Positions 41,339 to 56,369 of a DNA stretch of 64,000 nucleotides are shown here, one piece after another. The stretch is taken from the NCBI RefSeq assembly GCF_009914755.1, contig NC_060940.1. One strand, given 5' to 3'. The first letter of the stretch is position 1, and every line of letters begins with the position of its first letter. Origin of the DNA: the human T2T-CHM13v2.0 reference genome, Homo sapiens. The notes beneath the pieces are model-generated. The model made no database searches. It was not told where the DNA came from and worked only from the letters and a program-made list of their open reading frames with translations. The position numbers and the translations under genes were made by a program.

Positions 41339-41339
<1 letters not shown>

Positions 41340-43443
41340 ATGATTGCCAAGAATATTGGTAGTTTTTTTTAGTACTCAAGATATACATTCTTTTATTACT
41401 TTGTTTCTAAAGCTAGTTTGAAATAATATACCATAGGGATCTCTCAGGTCCTTTTATGAAATAACTACCTCAGCAAACACACCTTTCCTAAAGAAAAAAA
41501 AAAACACTTTTTCTAGATTACGCTGCATCCCAATATGCTAACTGATGTGAACGAAGCACATATCATTGATGTGCAAAACTTCTAGGGAGGAGAAATGAAA
41601 CCCTGGGGGTCACCCTCATCCTTCTAACTTCCGCTTTCCATTAAGTGACTCCCCACAAGTCTCCTCATCAGAAACCCCCAAATTACCTAGCTAGCCACTT
41701 TCTTTGTTCTGCCCAATTTGACATACACTCCTTTTCATTCATAAATCTAATATCCATATTGGTGGACTTCATTCTTTGCCCTCCACATTCATTTCTTCAT
41801 TATTCTCACCACTACTGTATTGTGACATCTGTACAATCCCATTCTGACACATGTGAAGATAAGGTTTTGCTTTATTAAAATGTTAAATGTATCAGACACT
41901 TGACTAATGTGTACAAATTCCTTCTTCACAAAAGCAGCCCCATGGCCTTCTCTCTCCCATAGACACTCTTTCACAGCTGTTCTTCACTCACATCGGTTTG
42001 AGTATCTATCATCTCTCATTTTGTCTCTATGCTTTCACCTCATATCATGAGTTATTATCATAGGCTTAGCAGCCTATCTTACCTATTTTCCTCTCCAGGA
42101 GAAAGTACTGAGTAGTAAATTAGAATCTTCCAGGATATGAACACTTTCACGTACACAAGACTTTGTGGAGCTATTTTATGTTTAACTACACATAAAACCA
42201 CTATGTCTATGCCTTCCAGAGAAACGGGCTCTGAAATGTTATTGAACATAACCTATTTAAAAACTTCTTTAACTACAATGACACTGCCTCTCCTCAATGC
42301 ACCAACATCTTCAGAAATAACTTGTGAAGACTTGAAAACATGTCAGTAATTGACATGAAAAATGAAGAATGATGTAATTTTTTGCAGGTATAAATAAGAC
42401 ATGCTGAGATCCTTACTAGATCCAAGAAGAGAAGAGTGCCATGAGACAGGAAATAAATATGGAACAGAAATATTTTCATCTGTAATGAAAATTATTCTAT
42501 TTACAGTTTTCAGAAGAGAAAAAAATACACACACACACACACACACATTCACACACAAAAACCAGAGCAATACGGCTTTACAGGGTGTTTTTTCTTCAAA
42601 AGCCTATTTGTCATTTGACAACTGGGAACACTCTATAGGGATCAACAAAGGGGTTCTAAATTGTGACCTGAGTAGTTTAGAGTTTAAAATTCATGAGGGG
42701 GAGTCAAGAGGACAAGTAACACTTTGACCATTGGCCATTTCCTCTCCTTACTGTCATTCTCTGAAAAGCACACACTGGATTTTCTCAGGATCATGACATG
42801 TCAAAAAGACATGCTTTAAGGGGGAAACAGTTGCAATCAACACAGCCATGGGAGAGATACAGCTATGCTTGCTAGGATTTCCAATACTTCTGTTTCATTT
42901 CTAATATAGTACAAGTCATTAAAAGCAACCACATAAGCATATCCATGCTGGTATCTCATCATATTTATGTCCATATGGTATCAGCATGAAGAGAGCATAA
43001 TTAAATATGCTGCAGTCATCACATGGCATATCATTAGATCATACAATAAATCGAATACCTCACTGGGTCAACGTGGATAGATCTGAAATATATATCACTG
43101 ATTTTACAAAGACCAAGTTGCAGTCATTGTGTGCACTGTCTGAACTTTTCTACAAGGTTTTAATACACAAAATCACGTTCTACATGTTATCTATGAATGT
43201 GCACATATGTTATAAGAGGTTTTTAATGTGTATTTGGGTGATTTCTTTTTCTTTTTTTAAAAAAAATTAAGTTCTTGGTTAGATGTCGTCAATAAGTTTT
43301 AGTAGTATAGAAAACCCTAAGACCATGACAGCTCAGAATGACTGTCTTAAAAGGCTATGTCTACCAAAGAGTCAGGAAAGCACGACTACTTACTTTCTTC
43401 ATTTTTACAACTCAGAGGTACCCCACGCACACTCCCAAATAAA

Positions 43444-44946
43444 GCTGCACACAAGTTCTTTAGTTTAATTAGATCCCATTTTTCAATTTTGGCTTTTGTT
43501 GCCATTGCTTTTGGTGTTTTAGTCATGAAGTATTTGCCCATGCCTATGTCCTGAATGGTACTGCCTAGGTTTTCATCCAGGGTTTTTACACATTTAGAAC
43601 TTACTTTTAAGTCTTTAATGCATCTTGAGTTAATTTTTGTATAAAGTGTAAGGAAGGGGTCCAGTTTCAGTTTCCTGCATAAGGCTAGCCAGTTTTCCCA
43701 ACACCATTTATTAAATAGGGAATCCTTTCCCCATTGCTTTTGTCAGGTTTGTCAAAGATCAGATGGTGTAGATGTATGGCATTATTTCTGAGGCCTCTGT
43801 TCTGTTCCATTGGTCTATATATCTCTTTTGGTACCACTACCATGCTGTTTTCATTACTGTAGCCTTGTAGTATAGTTTGAAGTCAGGTAGCATGATGCCT
43901 CTAGCTTTGTTATTTTTGCTTAGGATTGTCTTGGCTATATGGGCTCTTTTTTTGGTTCCATATGAAATTTAAAGTAGTTTTTTCTAATTCTGTGAAGAAA
44001 GTCAATGGTAGCTTGATGGGTATAGCATTGAACTTACAAATTACTTTGGGAAGTATGGCCATTTTCAAGATATTGATTCTTCCTATCCATGAGCATGGAA
44101 TGTTTTTCCATTTGTTTGTGTCCTCTTATTTCCTTGAGTGGTGGTTTGTAGTTCTCCTTAAAGAGGTCCTTCAAATCCCTTGTGAGTTGTATTCCTTGCT
44201 ATTTTATTCTCTTTGTAGCAATTGTGTATGGGAGTTCACTCATGATTTAGTGCTCTATTACTGGTGTATAGGAACGCTTGTGAATTTTGCACATTGACTT
44301 TGTATCCTGAGACTATGAGGAAGTTGCTTATCAGCTGAAGGAGATTTGGGGCTGAGACAATTTGGTTTTCTAAATATACAATCATGTCATCTGCAAACAG
44401 AGACAATTTGACTTCCTTTCTTCCTATTTGAATACCGTTTATTTCTTTCTCTTGCCTGATTACCCCGGCCAGAACTTCCAATACTATGATCAGAGTGAAC
44501 AGGCAACCTACAGAATGGGAGGAAATGTTTGCAATCTGTCCATCTGACAAAGGCCTAATATCTAGAATCTACAAGGAACTTAAACAAATTTACAAGAAAA
44601 GAACAATCTCATCAAAAAGTGGGCAAAGGATATGAACAGACACTTCTCAAAAGAATACATTTACGCAGCCAACAAACATCTGAAAAAAAGCTCATCATCA
44701 CTGATCATTAGAGAAATGCAAATCAAAACCACAATGAGATACCATCTCACGCCATTTAGAATGGCAATCGTTAAAAGGTCAGGAAACAACAGATGCTGGA
44801 GCAGATGTGGAGAAATAGGAATGCTTTTACACTGTTGGTGGGAGTGTCAATTAGTTCAACCATTGTGGAAGGCAGTGTGGTGATTCCTCAAGGATCTAGA
44901 ACCGGAAATACCATTTGAGCCAGTAATCCCATTACTGGGCATATAT
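43444..44946. mobile_element. Primate L1PA with 5' inversion: 43444-44488 minus, 44489-44946 plus
   Basis: Minus part encodes [39 protein letters not shown] (RT); plus part encodes [33 protein letters not shown] (ORF2p C-terminus). Confidence 0.93.
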
Positions 44947-44984
44947 TTGGTGTGTGTGTGTGTGTATATATATATATGTGTGTA

Positions 44985-45411
<427 letters not shown>

Positions 45412-45807
45412 TCATGAACTTTTGTACATGCCTTAGACCTTGTAGGAAAAATATTATAAGACTTTGATGCTTTATTACAGAGACTCTCATGATTTGTTAC
45501 AAAGCAGTGCTTTAGAAACATACTTGGAGGCTATACTAAAATTATTATTTATACTATTTGTAGGCAACTAATGAATTAAGAACTCTTATTTCCTTTCTTA
45601 CATGCTTAGCATATACTTATCAAATGCAAAGAAGAATATATTATCAAAATTTGTTACCTTACATGTGAATTGCGGTATAAAATAGTCATAATTCTAACAG
45701 AATTATATCAGACTGACAGAAAATGGCATCATTAGTAGAATCAATATAATGAGCAGGCATTGTCAAAGAACATGATTTCTGGACAAATGAACCAGGTGCA
45801 GCTAGAA

Positions 45808-47329
45808 CAGCAGTCCCCCTTATCTGCTGTATGTGTAGAAAACACATATTCAACATGATGTTCCCCTTCTCTCACACCGCAACAACAATCATCAACACAG
45901 AAGATTTCTGTGACCAAATATGTATTTTTCCCCAGCAACAAGCAAACAATCAATTCCGATGGGTGCCCTCTAATTCTGACACTATCTACTTGGGGATTAT
46001 CTACAGGTTGAGGGCTCAGTACCACAAGGCTATTCCCCCACAGCAGTTACAAGTCTGGGCCTCCAGAACTTCTAATCAACTTCCAGTTGGACTTCAAGTT
46101 GGGTTTCCCAGGACCCCCTCTTTGGTTTCATTAATTTACTAGAGTGGCTCAGAGAACTCATGGAAACACATTTACCAGTTTCTTATAAAGAATATTAAAG
46201 GATACAGATAAAGAGATGCATAGTGCAAGATATGGGGGGAAAGTAACACACTTCCATGTCCTCCCAGGGCACTCACCCTCTGGGAACATCCATGTATTCT
46301 CCATATGCCTTCATGTATTGAATGAGAGCATCCAGGTAGCTGAATACAGCTACCTGGATGCTCTCCAAATCCAATCCTTTTGGGATTTTATGAAAGCTTC
46401 CTTACATAGGCATGACTGATTAATTGAACATTCAGCCCCTCTCACATCCCAGGTGGTGAGGGGTGGGGCTGGAAGCCCCAACCCTCTAATCACACCCTGA
46501 TCACTCTGATGATGAGCCCCACCCTGAAGCCATCTGGAGGCTGCCTGCCATAAGTCAATCATTAGCATACAAATGATATCATGTTGGAAGTTCTGAGGAT
46601 TTTAGGAGTTGTATGACAGAAAATGGGGTTGAAGACCAAATACATATTTCATAATATGACATTGGTGGTTTTATTGACTGCAGATTCAGTTACCCACGGT
46701 CAACCATGGTCCATAAATAAAATTCCAGATGTATATACATCATAAGGTTTAAATTGCATAAGATTCTGAGTAGTATGATAAAATTTGAGCCATTACATCC
46801 CAGCCTGCCCAAGATGTGAATCATCCCTTTGTCAAGTGCATGCACATTATATATGATATCTGCTCACTAGTCATTGACATAATCTGTACCTAACATCCAA
46901 CCAACAACATCATCATGGCTCACGGATCCAAGATCACGTGAAGCAGATGATCTTCTTTCTGACATATAGTCAAATAGAAGGTCAATAATAGCCCAAGACT
47001 ACATGGCAATGCCTACTGCATTTGCCTCACTTATCACATAGCCATTTTATCATCTCACATCAGTGCAGAAAGTAGGGTGACTATAGTACATGATATTTTG
47101 TGAGCTCACATTCACTTAACTTTTATTACAGTATATTGTTACAATTGATCCACTTTACCATTAGATATTATTAATCTCTTATTGTGCCTAATTTATGCAT
47201 TAAATTTTATTATAGATATATATGTATTTTTAAAAATTGTTGTATGCATAGAGTTCAGCACTATTCATGTTTTCAGGCATTCACTAAGGGTCTTGAAATG
47301 TATCCCCCATGTATAAGAGGAAATTACTG
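45808..47329. mobile_element. MER44/Tigger7-type DNA transposon interrupted by an LTR
   Basis: Left end CAGCAGTCCCCCTTATCTG; resumes at ~46662 (TCAGTTACCCACGGTCAACC); right end ATAAGAGGAAATTACTG followed by TA. Confidence 0.75.
45828..46661 (-). mobile_element. MER21-like solo LTR nested in the Tigger element
   Basis: TG..CA ends; AATTCTGACACTATCTAC..AGGTTGAGGGCTCAGT and CAGGACCCCCTCTTTGG..AGAACTCA motifs. Confidence 0.72.
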
Positions 47330-48437
47330 TACTTATTTTGTTGAAACACAAGTTTCTCCACTTCTTCAGTTTAAACTATTCAGGATAAAGCACTCTAATA
47401 CAAAAAATCTAGGTCTATGAAAACTGTACTCTATTCTATGGCAAATCACAGCATACAGACCAGGGTCAAGGATCCCTGCAAAGACTTTTCAGCTGCCAGT
47501 GCAGAAGAGCCTAAGAGAGATCAGTATCCTTACCTTCACTAATCCTCTCCTAGGGAAGATTCTGGTAAGTTTGCTTAGTTCTAGCTATTCATTCACCCTA
47601 TGTAGGGCACAAACAATGCTTAAATTCAGCTTTCATTTTAGCTCCTTCAAAAAAACACACACAGAGGAAATAGCACTCCCTTAAAAGCTTATCCAATCTG
47701 AGTCTTGTCTCCTTTTCAGAGAGAAGCTTATAAAGAAATGCCGGGGAGGTATGGCAAGTTGCCAGGGAGGACTTTCTAATATATAAAATATATATAAAGG
47801 AACCATAAACTCACTGGAGCTACCAAGATGTGCCAACAGTTGTCCCACTACCTAGTGGGAAAAACAACAACAACAACAAATCTTTGTCACTTTAGGTAAA
47901 CAAAAATAGTATGACTCTCTTGGCATTTTTCATGATGGAGAACCTAGTTATAAGTGAGTCATGTTATAATAATATAGACTGTTTTCAAACTGATCCCTCA
48001 AAGAAAGAAGGTAAATAAGAAACATATTTGTATGCCTATAGTATTCACTAGCTGGTCTTATTTCCAACTGCAAGGTAAATAGGAAAGACTTTCTGACTCC
48101 AGTTTTATAAAGTACAGCATCTTGAGATTGTCCCTTTCCACTTCTAGTCTATCTGGACCCATCTCACAGAGAAGGATGATCCAGTTAGTGCTGTGTAGTA
48201 CACAGCATGAAGCCATTTTCCTCAACCCTCCTCATTATGTGGCAAATGTCTATATAAATTATGATTTTTCAACATGTAAAGCATATGCCATTAAATCCTA
48301 CATTAATAAACTAAAAGCAAAAAAGCACAATGGATAGCTTAATTGAATACATTCAATTATCTTGGAAATTTATGTTTTGTAATATTGAAAAAGATATCCA
48401 CTATATTATCCTTAATATATGACTATGCTGGACATAT

Positions 48438-48805
48438 CAAAACTATGGAGACAGCAAAAATATTAGTAGTTGACAGGGGTTAGTTGGGAGGGAGGAATAA
48501 AAAAAGAGAGACGAATTTCAGGGCAGCGAAAGTATTCTAACGGCAGGTACATTTATTATATATTTGTCCAACTATATAGAAGGTACAATACCAAAAGGGA
48601 ACTAAGATATAAACTATGGACTTTGGGTGATTATTATGATCCAGCAATGTAAGCTTCTCAGTTGTAACAAATGTACCACTCAGGTGGGAGATATTCATAA
48701 TGGGGGGAGCTATGCATGTGAGGGGGGATGGCATATATGAAAAATCTCTTTAGGTTCTTTTCAATATTGCTGGGAATATAAAACTGCTCTTAAAATAAAG
48801 TTATT
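48438..48805 (+). mobile_element. L1MC-like 3' end
   Basis: AAAACTATGGAGACAG..TAAACTATGGACTTTGGGTGA..TGTAACAAATGTACCACTC..AAATAAAG. Confidence 0.75.
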
Positions 48806-49391
48806 AATTTTTTTAAAAGATTTTCACTGCATCTTCTATTACTAATATATTGCTATAATATATTGCCATATATTATAGCAAGATGTACTCAATTTGAAAC
48901 ACAATATGAATATTCTCTCCAGAATTATAGTATATAAAAGTACATAAAGCAAATAACTATATTAACAGGCAAGAAAATAATGGATAAATGATTGATTTTT
49001 TAAATTTCATAATTATAAACAGAAATTTAACAAAATATAAAACAAAACTGAAACCTATATAATTAAAATGAAACAAATTTTTTATTTTAATTTTAAATCA
49101 GAAATCATTACTTATTTTATCTATTTTACTGAAAGGTTAATTGAATAAGAACAGATTATAATTACCTAATATTACCATAGTAACTTCTGTATAGAAACCT
49201 GTTAAATATTCACCAAAATTCCAAAATCTAACAGCACAGAAACTTAGTATTTCATATTAAGTTGCAACTGACGCAAATGAAATAAGCACCATGCTATGTT
49301 ATATCACCATGTTATTCACTATTAAATAGAATTTTTAAGACACTAAAATTAAGTTGGGGCTGTAACTGCTGTGAAGAAAATAATTCATATA

Positions 49392-49911
49392 ACAGTCATA
49401 AGACTGTCATTCTTAGAAATGCCTACATGCAAAACTGGCCCTTCGCTGGTGTTTGGAAATTTGCATTTTAAAGGTTTGTCACCATTTCCTGAGAAAAGTA
49501 GCTCACTGTACCTAAACTGTTTGCATAAACAATGTGGTTGACTCTGAACAGCTGCTTTTCTTCTGGAAGTGTGGAATTTTTGTATATGTGTGAGAGAGAA
49601 TGCTTATGTAACTAGCTTCCATAAAAACCTTGGATACTGTCTTGTCAGACTCATATTGGTAGACAATACTGCCCATGTGCTGTCAAAATTCAAAGCTACA
49701 GGAATTCAGCACATCCTGGTAACTTCACAGAAGAGGGCTCCTGGAAGCTTGTGCCTGGCTTCCCCAAGACTTGCCACATGCCCCTTTGACCTGAGCCAAT
49801 TTTACTTTGTATTATTTCACAGTAACAAATCAAAACCCAGAGTAGGACTGTTTGCTGAGTCCTTACAAGTGAATCACCAAACACAGAGGTGGTCTTGGGA
49901 AACTCTGACAC
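49392..49911 (+). mobile_element. ERV LTR (MER21/MER68/MER77-like)
   Basis: CATAAAAACCTTGG..GTAGACAATACTG..GTGAATCACCAAAC..GTGGTCTTGGGAAACTCTGACA. Confidence 0.6.
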
Positions 49912-50248
49912 AGTGGCATTACATGAAATTAGTTTTCTTTAAGGTGATGTGACCTGTGACTACAATCAGAAGGCTGTTTATAGAATACCTTTCCCTAATC
50001 TGTTTTCCTTAACAGTTGCCTTTGAGATTCCTGTATTTCCACATGAATAAATCCATAAAGGAATAGAAATAATTATGCCAAAAAAATGAAAAACAAGCAG
50101 CAATCCTATTTTAACCAGAATAAAAAATTGAGAATATGGATGATTAAAAATATACCCCATAGTATGAAAGCTTCTAGAAGAGAAACAAAAAGATCACAGC
50201 CAATTGTCTTCAACTCTCCAAGGTTTCTTTTATAATAATTGGGGATCA

Positions 50249-50715
<467 letters not shown>

Positions 50716-51048
50716 TTAATAAAAACATATGTAAAATAATTTGCATCATTCAGGTCATTGTGATAATTATAGAAATATATGTAGCCATTGGTTATAATAC
50801 TGTACTATCAATCATAGAGCTCATTTAATTTGTTTCTAATCTTTTTTCTTAAGTTCTTATAAAACTAAAAATATCTATTAAAACTAAAAATCATCTGTTA
50901 AAGGCAGTTCTTCACAGAACAGGTCAAAAAGTCAAAAACTGCATTTAAAATATAAGACGAGTTATCCACTTCTCCTCCTAAACAGTGGGTTTTTATTATT
51001 AAGGGCCAATAGGACTTTAAACTCATTTTGGGGGATAAAGGAAGTTAT

Positions 51049-51354
51049 GGACCAGCACGATGGCTCATGACTATAATTCCAGCACTTTGGGAGGCTGAGG
51101 CAGGAGGATCACTTGAAGCCAAAAGTTTGAGACTGGCCTGGGCAACAGAGAGAGACCCTTGTCTCTAAAAAATAAAAAATAAAAAAGTTAGCTTGGTGTG
51201 GTGGCATATGCTTGTAGCAGTCTCAGCGACTTAGGAGGCTGAAGTAAGAGGACCACTTGAACCCAGAAGTTTGAGGCTGCAGTGAGCTATGATCACACTA
51301 TTGCACTCCAGCCTGGGAAACAGCAAAAGACTCAATCTCAAAAAAAAAAAAAAA
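51049..51354 (+). mobile_element. AluJ-type, full length
   Basis: GGAGGATCACTTGAAGCC, GAGGCTGCAGTGAGCTATGATC, poly-A tail. Confidence 0.9.
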
Positions 51355-53713
51355 TCAAGAAAGTTATATATAGATGGTTAAAGGTGTGGTAATCCAACCG
51401 ACCAAATATTCCAGCTAAGTAACAGATTACCAATATTCGAAGAAATATAGCACCAGAAAAGTGTTTTACATTAAAACTATGTCAAGTTTGAAAACTTAAA
51501 AGACACCTTAAGTGTCTTAACTTAATTTGAAAATTTAAAAGACACTTAAAGTTTGAAAACTTAAAAGAAACTTAAAATCTTAAAGGACCAGCATCACTTA
51601 CACTGTCACTGTGCTAAAGATATAAAGAAGTTTAGCATTAAAGATTAATAGAATACCAGACATACTTTAGAATAGGTAGCTAATTCTCTTAAAAGAAAAT
51701 CATATATAGTTGTCAAAAATACCTATGTTAGAAATGTGTTCTAATAATATTTTCTTTAGGGATGAAATTCAAAAGAAAACAGTAAAAGTAGAGATATTAG
51801 AAGAGGTCATGAAAAGGGAATTGCACTAAAACAAAGTGTCCCAGAACACAGAGACTTGGTATACTTAGCATATCACCTTATATTTTTCTCCATAACATTA
51901 TATAAAAGATGTCAGCTTCTCCAAACTGCTCGTCTGTAGACTACTTCCAATTGAAACTTGAAACTCTCGAAATGTGGCTGTGTTATGATTCCATGTTGGA
52001 GGGAGTTGGGATGTATGTGCTTTGGACAATCTGGTTCCAGTTACTGCTGCCAGACTTTTGTTTCAGAATGCATCCAGAAGAACTTATCAGGGATTTCAGT
52101 ACAAACTAAGTATTTCCACAAGGAGCAGATAAGAAGACCACAGTTTTTCTCACACATTACCCTTAGGTTTTGACAGTTCTGTAAAAGAGTGGGCACATGT
52201 CAGAAGTCAAGACCATTTTCCCTGACCCTGTGCATGTAGCTTCTGCAGTTACAAAAGAGTTACGTAGGATCTTGGTAGATTTGTTCCTCCATATTTGGAC
52301 ACCAGATATACCAATCACATCAACAGCTCACATTACACCTCAAAAATGGTTCTTTTGAAAAGGGTACTGCCAAAGAGCTTTTAAAAGTTAAATCTAATTG
52401 GCTTTTTAGTAATCTTACTTGTTAGAATTGATACTCCCTCCTTAAAATTCTCACATTTTTATTTTTGCCACATCACTTCCTCTGACTCCTCTCCTACTTT
52501 TCTCTAGCCACTGCTCATTCTCCTTTACCAATTCTTTTTCTCCTGGGGGCGGGAGGGAATGTTGACATTCCCAGGGTTTTGTCACTGGATGCCTTCTCAT
52601 TCTACATCTGCATCATGGACAGTTGAGATCGATGACTTTGCCTAATAATTATAACAACATCATTCTACGTCTGCATCTCCAACCTCAGAGTTGGAGGGAA
52701 GGGAAGTTACTCTTCTCTGTTGACCAGCTGTACTTCTCCATTCAGTGAACACATCCTACTCCTTTCTCCTGTGCAGTATAAAGGCCAGTACACAACCTGG
52801 AAACCTATGAATGATCCAAGATTTCTCTCTCCCCACTAATGTTTTATATTCAATGTTCACTAAATCATATTAACTGTACCTCTTTTCTGCTTCTGCTTTA
52901 TATTTCTACTGCTACCAAATAAATATGTTTATATTTCCTAGATCAACATGGCCTCTTCATTGATGGTTTTCACAGGAAAAAAGTCCCTACCAACTATTAT
53001 TTTTTTATAAATAAAAAATTAAGTAAAACAAATGAAGAAGCCATAAGGGCAAGAAAAAGACCAACATTTTAAAATGAGTAAATGGAGTAAATTTACTTTA
53101 TTTTATCATGGATGGGTGAACACCTTACACTAGATTGATAGTAGTTCAAGCATCGAACTAAAAGGAAACTACAGCTTTAACTACTGCAAAACTTCCTTTC
53201 TCTAGCTTACTTTCTTGTACTCAGAATACAATATATAATATATATAACATACCAAATATGTATTTTCATCAGCATGGGCATTGGCAGCACTAAATCCCAT
53301 GTTGTTCAAGGGCCAACTGTAATTACTGATTCATTTACTAACTGCAAAGAATTTATTTTACAAGTTAAATAGAAGTTCTAATTATATAAAAAGTCTAATT
53401 CATTATTATGTGACTATAAAAAACCATGCAATGTAATAACTTAAAAATTTGTTTTCTTATTTACACAGAAAGATCATCTAGAATATTAGGAACCATCATA
53501 AAATAATAATTTTTTCAAACAATACTGAGATGAGATTATAAACTACCTACAATTAACTTTTTAAATAATTAGAAAATCTAGACTACTAAGTATTTTTTAA
53601 ATGTGTGCAATTTAAACTGATTTTTTTAAACTGTTTTTTTGTAATCAAAACATCTTTATTCTTTTTTATCTATGGTAGTACCATCAAGAGTAATTCACTA
53701 TCATAAATCTTAC

Positions 53714-53781
53714 CTGGATTGCTATTTATAGAAAGCTCTTCATATTTCTTTCTTTTGTATTCAGAAATTAGTTCGGCAATG
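53714..53781 (-). pseudogene. ANKRD36: ANKRD36 68-nt post-ankyrin exon
   Basis: tag|..IAELISEYKRKKYEELSINSNP..|gtaag. Confidence 0.9.
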
Positions 53782-56232
53782 CTATGTATAAAAATAAATG
53801 AAATTAATATTTTAATACCATTATCAAAAACATTTACCAAATATACTAAATTATTAGAGTATCTTGAACAATATCAGGATGTTAATTATCCTATACACTT
53901 CTCTTCTGTAAGCTCTACAAACTTCTTAGTACCTTTCTAATTAAATAATAAAAACAGGTGAAGTACTCATGAAGTGAAGGCAGTATAGCTCAGCAAACTA
54001 TCTCACATCAGCTTGACATAATGGAAAGTCACCTTCCTGGCTCTTACTGGAAGGTCCTGGCTCTATAGCCAACAGGTATTTGCTCTTAAACAAGTTGCTT
54101 CTCTTATGCACAATGTCTTCTTCTAGATTTTACTATCTTCTTTCACTAGGTTGTTATATAGGTTTAATGAAGTAGCATTTTTAACATTCACAGAGAAATA
54201 GTAAAGCAGTGGAATTTGTTCTTGAACTTTATTGCTGAAACTATTTTGAAATCCCAAATCAAACCCAATGTGTATTTTTTCATAGGTTCTAATATTCAAA
54301 TGCTTCAGTTTAAGAAAAATGTTAAGTCCTAATTTTGCTTATTGTTCTATTATTTGTGGCTTATAATTCAGGGCATCTCAACTATTTCATAATTCATAAA
54401 TAAATTAATTTATGAATACATTATTTCATTAAAATAGGTAACACGATTGTTCACTATTATTGAGCTCATCAATTCCAAGGGCAGAAAACTAACAGATGTC
54501 AAGATCTGGCTTGGGCTACCACTATTACTTCTCTGCAGACTCTAACTGAACCAGCAGATGTTTGCCAGAATGATGGTTAATCTCCATCAGTGATGTTATC
54601 TCCAACTGACATGGAAGACAAAACCCTACTTTCATTTTTTTTAAGTTCCATGAAGTAGATGAAAGTTGACATTTTCTCATTTCCAAGATACATACTAACA
54701 AAATATTTACACAACACCCCATGTGTTACTTATCTCCATTCTCAGTTTATAGATCACCTTACACAAATGTTTTTGTAGTGAAAAATCACAATTCAAATAT
54801 AAGGGGCCACCCATTTTGTTTCAATTCAAACTGTGACTTAGCTAGCCAGCAAACAGTCAAATGACCTTCCCCTGACTGCAAAATATGAAATGTCTCACGA
54901 TGCTAATTTTCTCTGTATTGTTCCAATTTTAGTATTTGTGCTGCCAAAGCAAGTACAAAGCCTTACTTTTACATATAAATGCTGATAAGTCATGGATGAG
55001 GGTTAGCTCTGTTAAATCTAACTAACCAACTTGAGACTTAGATAATTCCGACGAATGGCTTCCTGTAAGGTAGAATCTGAAAATATTTTACAAACTTGAG
55101 ATAGTGATGCAAGCAGCTTGGGAGATCTTCATTATTATAGAAAACAAATCACTTGAGGAGCCAACCACAAGTTGATGCCTCCTACTCTAAGGAAGGATGG
55201 CATAGAAGCTTCCACTGCCTGAGAAAAGCTCTTACACTGTTTATTTAAAAAGTCTCAGGGTACAGATCTGGTAGCAATAAAGAAAAAACTGTGATCTCTT
55301 TCTACAACATTATTTGAATATCTCTGACAGTTTAGAACTATCCCAACTAATATTTGAAGAGAAAAAAAGGGACTCAAAAAGTAACTCACCATGAAGGTCT
55401 AGAAGCCCAGGTTAAAATGCGGGCTCTACAGCAGGTTTTGAGTGTGGGTGAAAGTGTCAATTTGCTCAGTATGTATGTTGATAAAGTTAGAATATCCAGC
55501 TAACAGAGCAAGGTTCTGCTGTTTTGGAAACAATGGCTGAGCATATAAGTATGTGCAAGTGAACTAAAAAAATAGTTGTAACTTTGAAGCCTTTTTATGG
55601 ATCAACATGAAGATTGAGGGACCTCAAACAGAAAGGGCATCCTGGTGGCAAAGGTTAATCATTACCAGACTGCAAGAGTACTTTCAATGGCAAGAAAGCA
55701 GCAACAGAATCAATGAAAACAAAGTAAAAATTAGAATACCCTTTCCCCTTCTCCTTCTGACTTGTAGACACTGATTGTCTTCCTTGGACTTAGGGAACCC
55801 CTTAGGTTCTTGAAAAATTCAATGATCAGGCTATAGTAGATGGTCCGCAGTACACAGCACAAGATTTTTTGATAAACTGGACATTTTGAGACCCAAATAA
55901 CTAATTAGAAAAATCAAACATGTGAAACTACTTTATCCTATGCATAGGGGTTATACTGGAAATAAAATGTACAACATTGGAATCCCTAAGGAGAAAAGTC
56001 CTAAAAGTTTCAATATCAAGAATCCTGCACCTGCTGCTACTTATCTAGCCTTTTGCTTGATTTCTGGCTGATGAAGTTGCACAACTCTCGAAAACTTAAA
56101 AACTTGAAAATTTGTCACTTGAAAACTACTTGAACCAAACTATGAAATCTCACCTGATATATAAGATGCAATTGTTACAATTATTTTAAACTTCAATTTA
56201 GTGTTCACTAGCCTTTTTATGTAAAGACTTAC

Positions 56233-56369
56233 ACTGAATTCCCAGCCTCAGAGGCATAATCTTCTGCAGTCTTTCCACACACATCTCGAGAAAACATATC
56301 AATATTTGCTGCAGAAGAAGAATGACTATATCTTTGTGTTCACGAATAACAGCAAGTGTGAGGGCCGAT
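56233..56369 (-). pseudogene. ANKRD36: ANKRD36 ankyrin-repeat exon with 1-bp deletion (137 nt instead of 138)
   Basis: SALTLAVIREHKDIVILLLQ, frame change, NIDMFSRDVCGKTAEDYASEAGNS; ttttag|..|gtaagt. Confidence 0.92.

Noticed and set aside
44236-44883. Reverse-transcriptase (FADD) ORF as an active element or new gene
   Set aside because: Short broken fragments of a 5'-inverted, truncated L1
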